Of a DNA stretch of 44,051 nt, positions 18,802 through 27,010 are shown in pieces (the stretch's first letter is position 1; the number at the start of each line of letters is the position of its first letter). The translations under genes were made by a program, and so were the position numbers. Source of the stretch: Roseburia sp. CAG:309 (GTDB taxonomy: Bacteria > Bacillota > Clostridia > Lachnospirales > Lachnospiraceae). The notes under the pieces were generated by a model that had not been told where the DNA came from, searched no databases, and saw nothing but the letters and a program-made list of their open reading frames with translations. Location: contig FR894025.1 of NCBI GenBank assembly GCA_000434115.1, forward strand, positions 1 through 44,051, written 5' to 3'.

Positions 18802-20000
18802 AAATTGCAGTATTAGGTTATGGTACAATTGGTTCAGGTGTTGTTGAGATTGTGAATACAAACGCAGCGACGATTGCAAAACGTGCCGGCGAAGAGATTG
18901 AAGTGAAATATGTGCTTGATCTGCGTGATTTCCCGGGAGATCCGGTGCAGGACATTTTGGTACATGATTATTCCATCATCGCACAGGATGAGGACGTAGA
19001 TATCATCGTCGAGACGATGGGCGGAACCAAACCAGCATATGATTTTGTGAAAACTGCGCTTCTGAATGGAAAGTGTGTTTGCTCATCCAACAAAGAGCTG
19101 GTAGCTGCACATGGGGCAGAACTGCTTCAGATCGCACGTGAGAAAAATGTCAACTTCTATTTTGAGGCAAGTGTAGGCGGCGGTATTCCGATTATCCGTC
19201 CATTGAATCAGTGCATTACTGCGGATGAAATTGAATCCATTAATGGTATTTTAAATGGAACGACAAACTTTATTCTGACGAAAATGGCAGAAGAAGGGGC
19301 AGATTTTGATGTTGTCCTGAAACAGGCACAGGAACTCGGATATGCTGAAAAAGATCCGACGGCAGATGTAGAAGGATATGATGCCTGCCGTAAGATTGCG
19401 ATTTTGACTTCTTTGGCATATGGTCAGCAGGTGGATTATCAGGATATTTATACAGAAGGTATTACCAAGATCACAGCAGAAGATTTTGAATATGCCAAGA
19501 AGATCAATGCAGCGATCAAGATTTTTGGTACAAGCAAAAAAGTTGGAGATAATGTATATGCTATGGTGGCTCCACAGATGGTATATTCCTCTGAGCCATT
19601 GTATAGCGTAAATGGTGTGTTTAATGCGATTTCTGTAACAGGCAATATGCTTGGAGAAGTAATGTTTTACGGTGCCGGTGCAGGAAAACTTCCTACCGCA
19701 AGTGCAGTCGTAGCCGATGTCGTAGATGCTACGATCCACAAAGGCGAAAATGTACCTGTAACCTGGGAAAGCGAAAAACTTCCGATCGCACCGATGGAAG
19801 AAATGGAAAATGCATTTTTTGTTCGTGTGGCAGAAGCAGACCGCAGCAAAATTGCAGAACTTTTCGGCGACGTGACAATGATCGATGCAGGCATCGCCGG
19901 TGAATGTGGATTTATTACACCGGTCATGAAAGAAAAAGTTTTTGCAGAAAAAGCAGAAAAATTAACATCTATGATTACACGTATTCGTGTAAATGCATAA
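18798..20000 (+). CDS. hom: Homoserine dehydrogenase
   Basis: GYGTIG, FEASVGGGIPII, GILNGTTNFIL, GYAEKDPTADVEG motifs. Confidence 0.96.
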   Translation: MKIAVLGYGTIGSGVVEIVNTNAATIAKRAGEEIEVKYVLDLRDFPGDPVQDILVHDYSIIAQDEDVDIIVETMGGTKPAYDFVKTALLNGKCVCSSNKELVAAHGAELLQIAREKNVNFYFEASVGGGIPIIRPLNQCITADEIESINGILNGTTNFILTKMAEEGADFDVVLKQAQELGYAEKDPTADVEGYDACRKIAILTSLAYGQQVDYQDIYTEGITKITAEDFEYAKKINAAIKIFGTSKKVGDNVYAMVAPQMVYSSEPLYSVNGVFNAISVTGNMLGEVMFYGAGAGKLPTASAVVADVVDATIHKGENVPVTWESEKLPIAPMEEMENAFFVRVAEADRSKIAELFGDVTMIDAGIAGECGFITPVMKEKVFAEKAEKLTSMITRIRVNA

Positions 20001-20044
20001 TAAAGTAGTAAGACCAGATATGGAAAGACGGAGGTAAAGAAGAG

Positions 20045-21250
20045 ATGTTAGTCGTTAAAAAATTTGGTGGCACATCCGTAGCCAACAAAGAACGTATCTT
20101 CAACGTGGCAAAGCGTTGTATCGAAGATTATCAGAAAGGAAACGATGTCGTAGTTGTTCTCTCAGCAATGGGAAAACAGACTGATGTTCTGCTTGATATG
20201 GCAAATGATATCAACCCCAAAGCATCGAAAAGAGAACTTGATATGCTTCTCACAACCGGAGAGCAGACATCCGTTGCTTTGATGGCGATGGCAATGCAGT
20301 CCCTGAATGTGCCGGCTATTTCCCTGAATGCATTTCAGGTAGCTATGCATACTACATCTGTAGCAGGAAATGCCCGCTTGAAAAAGATAGATACCGAGCG
20401 TATCCAGCATGAACTTGAACAGAGAAAGATTGTTATTGTAACCGGATTTCAGGGAATCAGCCAGTACGATGATTATACGACACTTGGTCGTGGTGGTTCC
20501 GATACAACAGCCGTTGCTCTGGCAGCTGCACTTCGTGCCGACGCCTGCGAGATTTACACAGATGTTGACGGTGTATATACGGCAGATCCAAGAATTGTCA
20601 AAGACGCCAAGAAACTGGATGAGATCACGTATGATGAAATGCTTGAATTGGCAAGCCTCGGTGCGGGAGTATTGCACAACCGCTCTGTGGAAATGGCGAA
20701 GAAATATGGAGTACAGCTTGTTGTACGCTCTAGTTTGAATACATCGGAAGGAACGGTAGTTAAGGAGGAAGTAAAAATGGAGAAAATGCTTGTAAGTGGA
20801 GTAGCATGTGATAAAAATGTAGCAAGAATCGCAGTGGTAGGATTGGAAGACCAGCCGGGTGTGGCATTTAAATTGTTCCGCCACCTCGCAAACCACAATG
20901 TAAACGTAGATATGATCCTTCAGTCCATTGGACGTGACAATACAAAGGACATCAGCTTTACCGTAACCGGCGACATGGCAGACGTTGCTGTTGAGACGGT
21001 TGAAAGACACCGCAGTGGAAGTCTGAAATGTCAGGATGTCAAAGTGAAGAAAGACGTTGCCAAAGTATCCATCGTAGGTGCCGGCATGCAGTCTAACCCT
21101 GGTGTGGCAGCGCGCATGTTTGAAGCATTGTATTCAGCAAACGTAAACATTCAGCAGATCTCAACTTCAGAGATCCGTGTAACGGTTCTGATTGACCGCG
21201 AAGATACCGACCGCGCAATGAATGCCGTTCATAATGAATTTGATTTCTAA
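20045..21250 (+). CDS. lysC: Aspartate kinase with two ACT domains
   Basis: VKKFGGTSV, TLGRGGSDTTA, TDVDGVYTADP and STSEI motifs. Confidence 0.93.
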   Translation: MLVVKKFGGTSVANKERIFNVAKRCIEDYQKGNDVVVVLSAMGKQTDVLLDMANDINPKASKRELDMLLTTGEQTSVALMAMAMQSLNVPAISLNAFQVAMHTTSVAGNARLKKIDTERIQHELEQRKIVIVTGFQGISQYDDYTTLGRGGSDTTAVALAAALRADACEIYTDVDGVYTADPRIVKDAKKLDEITYDEMLELASLGAGVLHNRSVEMAKKYGVQLVVRSSLNTSEGTVVKEEVKMEKMLVSGVACDKNVARIAVVGLEDQPGVAFKLFRHLANHNVNVDMILQSIGRDNTKDISFTVTGDMADVAVETVERHRSGSLKCQDVKVKKDVAKVSIVGAGMQSNPGVAARMFEALYSANVNIQQISTSEIRVTVLIDREDTDRAMNAVHNEFDF

Positions 21251-21349
21251 TTCGTGGGAATTGAGTCGGTTAAAGATTTAGAATTTTACAATTATTGTAA
21301 TTTAAAAGGCGCGAAAACGACAGGGAAACTGTTGCTTTCGCGCCTTTTC

Positions 21350-21461
21350 CGCGCTCATCTCGCGAACCCGCACTGCGTGCTCTGCCACCTGCTGCGCAGG
21401 TGGTTCGCTTCGATAAAGTAAGAAAAGAAGCAAATGGCTTGCAGCCGCTTGCTTCTTTTTT
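21350..21461. repeat. 112-bp structured direct repeat, copy 1
   Basis: Identical by eye to 21587-21698. Confidence 0.92.
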
Positions 21462-21586
21462 CTGACTGGCGCATAAAACGCAAATATCCCAAAGTCGGAG
21501 ACTTTGGGATATCCGTTGCACTCATATAATTTTCTAAATGTCCTTAGTCCAGCAAGCTGTCCACGGACATTATAGAAAATTGCATT

Positions 21587-21698
21587 CGCGCTCATCTCGC
21601 GAACCCGCACTGCGTGCTCTGCCACCTGCTGCGCAGGTGGTTCGCTTCGATAAAGTAAGAAAAGAAGCAAATGGCTTGCAGCCGCTTGCTTCTTTTTT
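21587..21698. repeat. 112-bp structured direct repeat, copy 2, including a terminator-like hairpin at the cheY 3' end
   Basis: Identical to 21350-21461. Stem ATAAAGTAAGAAAAGAAGCAA/TTGCTTCTTTTTTTCTTACTTTAT runs into the cheY stop codon. Confidence 0.92.
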
Positions 21699-21705
21699 TC
21701 TTACT

Positions 21706-22062
21706 TTATATCACTGTTTTGATTACAGATAGAATCTGGTCTGGTTCGAATGGTTTTTGGATAAATTCAGAAGCTCCGAGTTTGATTGCTTCCACCATTT
21801 TGGATTTCTGACCTGCTGCGGTTACCATGATAACTTTAGCGGAACTGTCTAATTCCATGATTTTTTCCAGAGAACCAAGTCCGTCCAATACAGGCATTGT
21901 AATATCCAAGGTTACCAAATCCGGTTTTAATTCGATGTATTTTTCATAACCGGTCTGTCCGTCTCCTGCTTCACCGACAATCTCGTAGCCGTTCTCAGTG
22001 AGTATGTTGCGTAATATTTTTCGGGATGTACGAGAATCATCCACGATTAAAACTGTTGCCAT
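21706..22062 (-). CDS. CheY-like single-domain response regulator
   Basis: VLIVDD, TLDITMP, VTA and KPF receiver motifs; SD GGGAGG before ATG 22062. Confidence 0.9.
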   Translation of the reverse strand: MATVLIVDDSRTSRKILRNILTENGYEIVGEAGDGQTGYEKYIELKPDLVTLDITMPVLDGLGSLEKIMELDSSAKVIMVTAAGQKSKMVEAIKLGASEFIQKPFEPDQILSVIKTVI

Positions 22063-22099
22063 ATAAAACAACCTCCCTCTTGTATCAAATTTTCGTTTA

Positions 22100-22966
22100 T
22101 TACATCTTAACCAGCAAGTCTACTTTTTTGCCGCTGATGTAGAGTGGAAGTACATAAAATTCAGAATTTTCTTTTATGGAACCATCAAAATAGAATTCCG
22201 GAGGAAGCATATCAATAACAACTTCCTTGTAACTTAACTCCGTAGCATATAAACCGTTGATGCAGTTTGTAAATTCACAGACGGAATCTAAAGCATCTTC
22301 GTCCGGTTTCTCGAAATATTCACCGGCATAACCATCTGCAATTGTAAGGATGGCATCATCGTTGCTGGCAAAAGCCAAAAATCCATCGTAAGCACCGGTA
22401 GTCTTTTGACATGCTATGTACTTGGCAGAATATTCTGTCACCTTTTTTGCTTCTTCGATACGAATGTAAGAACTGACAAAACGTACAATGTTTCTTAAGA
22501 CAAGTCCCATCATATCAAGAACAGATTCGTTGTCGGTGGTTACAAAAGTTGGAAGAAGTCGTTCGAAATCACCATATTTGATCGCATCAATTGCACTGTT
22601 GGTAAGACCTTCTTCTTTCTGGAATGCCTCCAAATTTTCCTGAATCTCTTCGCGGTTCATAACATGATTTTCTTCCAACGCCTGAACAAAGATCAGATAT
22701 GGATTTCCCTGTAACTGCAATAAATGAGAAATATCTGCCTCGGTCAGATACCCTTTCTCAACAGCGAGGTCACCAAAACGTTTGTCGCTCTGCATCTGAA
22801 GATGATTTAACTCGTCTGCCTGTTTGCGTGTGAGTAATCCTTCAGATTCAGCAATCAACCCCAATTTAACACGATTTGCACGCATATATTCCATACATGA
22901 GATGAACTGCTCATTGGTTATCTTTTGTTTGTTCAAAAGATAATTTCCAAAAAACTGACTAAACAT
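22100..22966 (-). CDS. CheX-like chemotaxis phosphatase with N-terminal MshEN-like repeats
   Basis: C-terminal E-x2-N motif (VCEFTNCING), co-oriented upstream of the CheY-like gene; SD AAGGAG before ATG 22966. Confidence 0.75.
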   Translation of the reverse strand: MFSQFFGNYLLNKQKITNEQFISCMEYMRANRVKLGLIAESEGLLTRKQADELNHLQMQSDKRFGDLAVEKGYLTEADISHLLQLQGNPYLIFVQALEENHVMNREEIQENLEAFQKEEGLTNSAIDAIKYGDFERLLPTFVTTDNESVLDMMGLVLRNIVRFVSSYIRIEEAKKVTEYSAKYIACQKTTGAYDGFLAFASNDDAILTIADGYAGEYFEKPDEDALDSVCEFTNCINGLYATELSYKEVVIDMLPPEFYFDGSIKENSEFYVLPLYISGKKVDLLVKM

Positions 22967-23194
22967 AATCCTTCTCCTTTCCGGATATAAAATTTTTAGC
23001 AGCGATCCATTGATTTTCAAACCTTGGTCCTAAATAGCTGCGTTTTTCTAAATATTTATTCTGTAAATCAGATTTCACTTGTAAAAATCCTAAAAATATT
23101 ATACTATAGATTTTGAAAAAAAGAAAGTTTTTTCGACAAGTTTTAAAAAAAGAATGTAATGAAATCGTTATCAAAAAATAAAAGGAGAAAATCA

Positions 23195-24298
23195 ATGGCA
23201 GGATCGACATGGGGCGAGATATTTCGCATTTCAACATGGGGCGAATCGCATGGAAAAGGACTTGGTGTAGTAGTGGACGGATGTCCTGCGGGACTTGCGC
23301 TTACGGAGGAAGAAATACAGAAATATCTGGATAAGAGAAAACCCGGTGAGACAAGATATTCGACACCGCGCAAAGAAGGGGATAAGGTGGAAATCCTGTC
23401 CGGAGTATTTGAGGGGAAAACGACAGGAACCCCGATTTCACTTATGGTTTTCAATACTTCGCAAAAATCCAAAGATTATTCTGAAATTGCCAAAATTTAC
23501 CGGCCTGGGCATGCGGATTATACATTTGACCAAAAATATGGATTCCGCGATTACCGTGGCGGCGGAAGATCATCCGGAAGAGAAACGATCGGACGTGTGG
23601 CAGCGGGAGCCATTGCGATGAAAATATTGGAGCAGATGGGAATCGAAGTGCACGCGTATGTTACGCAGATTGGCGATATTCAGATTGATCCGGCAAAGAT
23701 GAACTATGAAAATATAGAGAAAAGTCCACTGCGTATGCCCGATCTGGAGGCCTCTGAACGGGCAGAAGAATTTTTGGAAAAGCAGATGCAGGAAAAGAAT
23801 TCAGCAGGCGGGATTATCGAATGCGTTGTAAAAGGAGTGCCAGCGGGTGTGGGAGAACCGGTATTTGGAAAATTGGATGCGGCACTTGCGCAGGCAGTGA
23901 TGTCGATCGGAGCAGTCAAGGGCGTGGAGATCGGAGATGGATTTCAGGCAGCGGCGGCAACCGGAAAGACAAATAACGATGCTTTTTGCGTGGACGAAAA
24001 TGGAACCATTGGCAAAGAGACCAATCACGCGGGGGGGATATTGGGAGGAATGAGCGACGGAAGTGATATCGTGCTGCGTGCGGCATTTAAACCGACGCCG
24101 TCCATTTTTTCAGAGCAAAAGACAGTGACGACGGAAGGAGACGCTGTCTCGGTTGAGATCAAGGGCCGCCACGATCCGATCATTGTGCCGCGTGCGGTTG
24201 TGGTAGTGGAAGCGATGACAGCGATGACGATTCTGGATAAAATGTTTGTCGGTATGACCTCGCGCCTTGACCGCATTGTGGAATTTTACCGCCGGTAA
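23195..24298 (+). CDS. aroC: Chorismate synthase
   Basis: GESHG, RPGHAD, GGRSSGRET, KPTPS and GRHDP motifs; SD AAGGAG before ATG 23195. Confidence 0.97.
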   Translation: MAGSTWGEIFRISTWGESHGKGLGVVVDGCPAGLALTEEEIQKYLDKRKPGETRYSTPRKEGDKVEILSGVFEGKTTGTPISLMVFNTSQKSKDYSEIAKIYRPGHADYTFDQKYGFRDYRGGGRSSGRETIGRVAAGAIAMKILEQMGIEVHAYVTQIGDIQIDPAKMNYENIEKSPLRMPDLEASERAEEFLEKQMQEKNSAGGIIECVVKGVPAGVGEPVFGKLDAALAQAVMSIGAVKGVEIGDGFQAAAATGKTNNDAFCVDENGTIGKETNHAGGILGGMSDGSDIVLRAAFKPTPSIFSEQKTVTTEGDAVSVEIKGRHDPIIVPRAVVVVEAMTAMTILDKMFVGMTSRLDRIVEFYRR

Positions 24299-24480
24299 TG
24301 CGGCACGCATTGGAAATTTTCTTCATAGGATAAAATAAAGCCCAAAAGGGGAAACGGTTATGAAGGAAAATAGCAGGGAAAAGGAACAGAGCGAATACAT
24401 TGAAGACGAAACGACCATTTATGAAGTGGATCTTGAATGCTTGAAAGGACGCTGTTCTTCCGAAGATCAGGAAAGAGAAT

Positions 24481-24520
24481 AAAAGAGAAGAGGTGCCGCA
24501 GAGAATGCGACACCTCTTTT
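24481..24520 (-). terminator. Terminator of the small Cys-rich gene
   Basis: AAGAGGTGCCGCA-loop-TGCGACACCTCTT with an A-rich flank on the + strand. Confidence 0.65.
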
Positions 24521-24535
24521 AGAGAGAAAAAAGAA

Positions 24536-24760
24536 TTAGCAGAAACCACCGAATCCGCCGAAACCGTTATTGCCACCGCAGCAGCAGAGCAAAAGCAGGA
24601 TCCAGATAATGCAGCTACAGTCACTGCCGTTGCCGAATCCGTTGTTTCCTCCACAGCAGGATGTCAAGAGAAGGATGATGATGATCCATGTGCAGCAGCT
24701 GTTGTTTCCTTCATTGCAGGAGCATCCGCCGCCACAGTTTGTTGCTGATAAATCACTCAT
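24536..24760 (-). CDS. Small Cys/Gly/Asn-rich protein, probably spore-associated
   Basis: SD AGGAGG; 74 aa with two WI(hydrophobic)n-CCGGNNGFG repeats; SigK-like promoter upstream. Confidence 0.8.
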   Translation of the reverse strand: MSDLSATNCGGGCSCNEGNNSCCTWIIIILLLTSCCGGNNGFGNGSDCSCIIWILLLLCCCGGNNGFGGFGGFC

Positions 24761-24792
24761 GTTAGGTGCCTCCTAAATTGTTTTACAGTATC

Positions 24793-24818
24793 ATTTTATG
24801 TAGGAGGGCTTGCCTTGT
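24793..24818 (-). promoter_or_regulatory. SigK/SigE-like mother-cell promoter
   Basis: Minus strand AC-16 bp-CATAAAAT, matching the B. subtilis SigK consensus AC-N16-CATAnnnT. Confidence 0.55.
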
Positions 24819-24838
24819 TACCAAAAATTTGATATAAT
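24810..24838 (+). promoter_or_regulatory. SigA-type promoter of the GH3 gene
   Basis: TTGCCT-17 bp-TATAAT with TG extended -10. Confidence 0.7.
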
Positions 24839-24880
24839 ACATGCGGGTACGTAGTTTTATTGAAAACTGAGGAGAAGGAA

Positions 24881-26239
24881 ATGAAACGGATATTGAGTAT
24901 ATTTCTGGTATTGTGCCTGTGTATTACGATGTGTGGATGCAGTCTTCAGAAGAAAAAAGGGGCATCCGGCAGCACAGAAAATGCGTTGACCGAAGAGGAG
25001 GTTTTAAAGCAGGCCGGAAAAATCTTGAAAAAAATGACTCTGGATGAAAAAGTGGGTCAGATGATCCTCGTGGATCTCAATGAACTGTCAGAAGATGGAA
25101 AACCGGTTACCAAACTGACAAAAGAGATAAAAGAGAAACTGGAAAAAAATCACATTGGCGGCGTTTTGCTTGGAAATTCCAATGTAGAGAGTGTCGAGCA
25201 GATTCAAAAACTGACCGGGGATCTGCAATCCATCGAGGGGATCACACTCTATATCGGAACCGAGGAAGAAGGGGGAGGCACCCGTTCGATCGCGGTCAAT
25301 AACAAAGAGATTGATGGAACCGGATATGTGAGTCCGGCTGATATGGGAAAAAATATGTCGGAAGATCAGCTGGAGGATACCGGAGCAATGATCGCCAAAG
25401 AACTGAAAAATCTTGGCTTTAATCTCAATCTGGCACCTTGTGCTGATGTGTGGAAAGTGGAAAATGTTGGAAAAGTTTTCTGGGATGAAATTCGTAATCT
25501 TGCGATGCAGGAAGTCGGACCGGCACCTGTAGAGCCTAAGATAAAAAAGAAAATGTCAAAAAAGAAAGTGAAGAAGCTGAAACAGAAGTATGAAAAAGAG
25601 CGTGCTTCTTATGAGAAGAAAGTGCAGGCATACATTGACCGGTATACGGTGGATGATGCCAACCAGTCCTGTTTTTCTTCCGAGAAAGATATCGTCAGTA
25701 CGGCAGTAGAGGCGATGGTTACCGGAATGAAAAGTCAGGGGATCGCGACCGCAGTTAAAACATTTCCGGGGACAGCACCGGTGGCAAGATATCATCAGCT
25801 GATACCGTGCCAGATTACGACGGGCTTGTCTAAACTCCGTAGAGAAAACTTTTCGACATTTTCGTCTGCGATTGATGCAGGAACCAATATGATGATGGCG
25901 GGACATGTATGGCTGACAAAAATTGACAAAGACTTTCCGGCGTCCCTATCGTCGACGATTTTGTCGGATGTGGTTCGGAAAGAACTTGGTTTTGAAGGAG
26001 TTCTGTTTACCGAAGCATTGAATGTGCCAGTCATTACCAGTCAGTATTCGGCGGAAGAAGCAGAATTGAAAGCCGTCATTGCCGGAGCAGATATGCTGTA
26101 TAACCCGGTAAATGTGGAAGAGGCAGTATTCCATGTATCACGCGCTGTCATGTTTGGCGATATTGATGAAAAACAGGTCGATCAGGCGGTGCTTCGTATT
26201 CTTCAGGATAAAATCCAGCAAGGGATTTATCATAAATAA
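24881..26239 (+). CDS. GH3 N-terminal-domain (NagZ-like) lipoprotein with degenerate active site
   Basis: Lipobox MCGC, MTLDEKVGQM, EEGG, NLAPCADV, KTFPG, MMAGH, PASLS, RKELGFEG, AGADML; start ATG 24881. Confidence 0.85.
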   Translation: MKRILSIFLVLCLCITMCGCSLQKKKGASGSTENALTEEEVLKQAGKILKKMTLDEKVGQMILVDLNELSEDGKPVTKLTKEIKEKLEKNHIGGVLLGNSNVESVEQIQKLTGDLQSIEGITLYIGTEEEGGGTRSIAVNNKEIDGTGYVSPADMGKNMSEDQLEDTGAMIAKELKNLGFNLNLAPCADVWKVENVGKVFWDEIRNLAMQEVGPAPVEPKIKKKMSKKKVKKLKQKYEKERASYEKKVQAYIDRYTVDDANQSCFSSEKDIVSTAVEAMVTGMKSQGIATAVKTFPGTAPVARYHQLIPCQITTGLSKLRRENFSTFSSAIDAGTNMMMAGHVWLTKIDKDFPASLSSTILSDVVRKELGFEGVLFTEALNVPVITSQYSAEEAELKAVIAGADMLYNPVNVEEAVFHVSRAVMFGDIDEKQVDQAVLRILQDKIQQGIYHK

Positions 26240-26281
26240 TAACCAATCAGTTACGCGAAAGCGGCAAAGGAGGACAAAAAA

Positions 26282-26995
26282 GTGGAAAAGAAAGAGATGC
26301 TCTATGAAGGAAAAGCAAAAAAAGTTTATGCAACAGATGTAGAAGACGTATATATTGTTGACTACAAAGATGATGCAACCGCATTTAATGGCGAGAAAAA
26401 AGGAACGATTGTTGGAAAAGGTGTGATCAACAACCGCATGACAAACTTCTTGTTCCAGAAATTGGAAAAAGCAGGCGTTCCTACTCATTTTGTAGAAGAA
26501 CTTAGTGATCGTGAAACCGCTGTTAAAAAAGTTAAAATTATCCCACTTGAGGTAATTGTCCGTAATACAGCAGCCGGAAGTTTTTCAAAACGCCTTGGCA
26601 TCGAGGAAGGAAAGAAACTTCTCTGCCCTACCTTGGAATTTAGTTACAAAGATGATGCGTTGGGAGATCCACTCATCAACGATTATTTTGCAAAAGCAAT
26701 CGGCATTGCAACACAGGAAGATATTGATACAATTACAAAATATGCCTTTATGGTAAATGATTTCCTTTGTGACTTCTTTAAAGACTGCGGTATCGAATTG
26801 ATCGACTTCAAGATTGAATTTGGTAAGACAAGTGATGGAACCATTATTCTGGCAGATGAAATTTCTCCGGATACTTGTCGTTTCTGGGATATTAAAACCA
26901 AAGAAAAATTGGATAAAGACCGTTTCCGCCGCGATCTTGGTGGCGTAGAAGACGCTTACAATGAAGTGGCAAAACGAATTGGTTTGACAAAATAA
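26282..26995 (+). CDS. purC: SAICAR synthase
   Basis: [27 protein letters not shown] and DKDRFR motifs. Confidence 0.97.
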   Translation: MEKKEMLYEGKAKKVYATDVEDVYIVDYKDDATAFNGEKKGTIVGKGVINNRMTNFLFQKLEKAGVPTHFVEELSDRETAVKKVKIIPLEVIVRNTAAGSFSKRLGIEEGKKLLCPTLEFSYKDDALGDPLINDYFAKAIGIATQEDIDTITKYAFMVNDFLCDFFKDCGIELIDFKIEFGKTSDGTIILADEISPDTCRFWDIKTKEKLDKDRFRRDLGGVEDAYNEVAKRIGLTK

Positions 26996-27010
26996 GGAAA
27001 GGACAGGCAG

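Noticed and set aside
21350..21698. CRISPR array, or the 83-aa and 122-aa minus-strand ORFs
   Set aside because: Only two 112-bp repeats, far longer than CRISPR repeats, and no cas genes. The ORFs are by-products of the repeat.
26240..26281. Purine or ZTP riboswitch upstream of purC
   Set aside because: The spacer is only 42 bp and shows no aptamer features.
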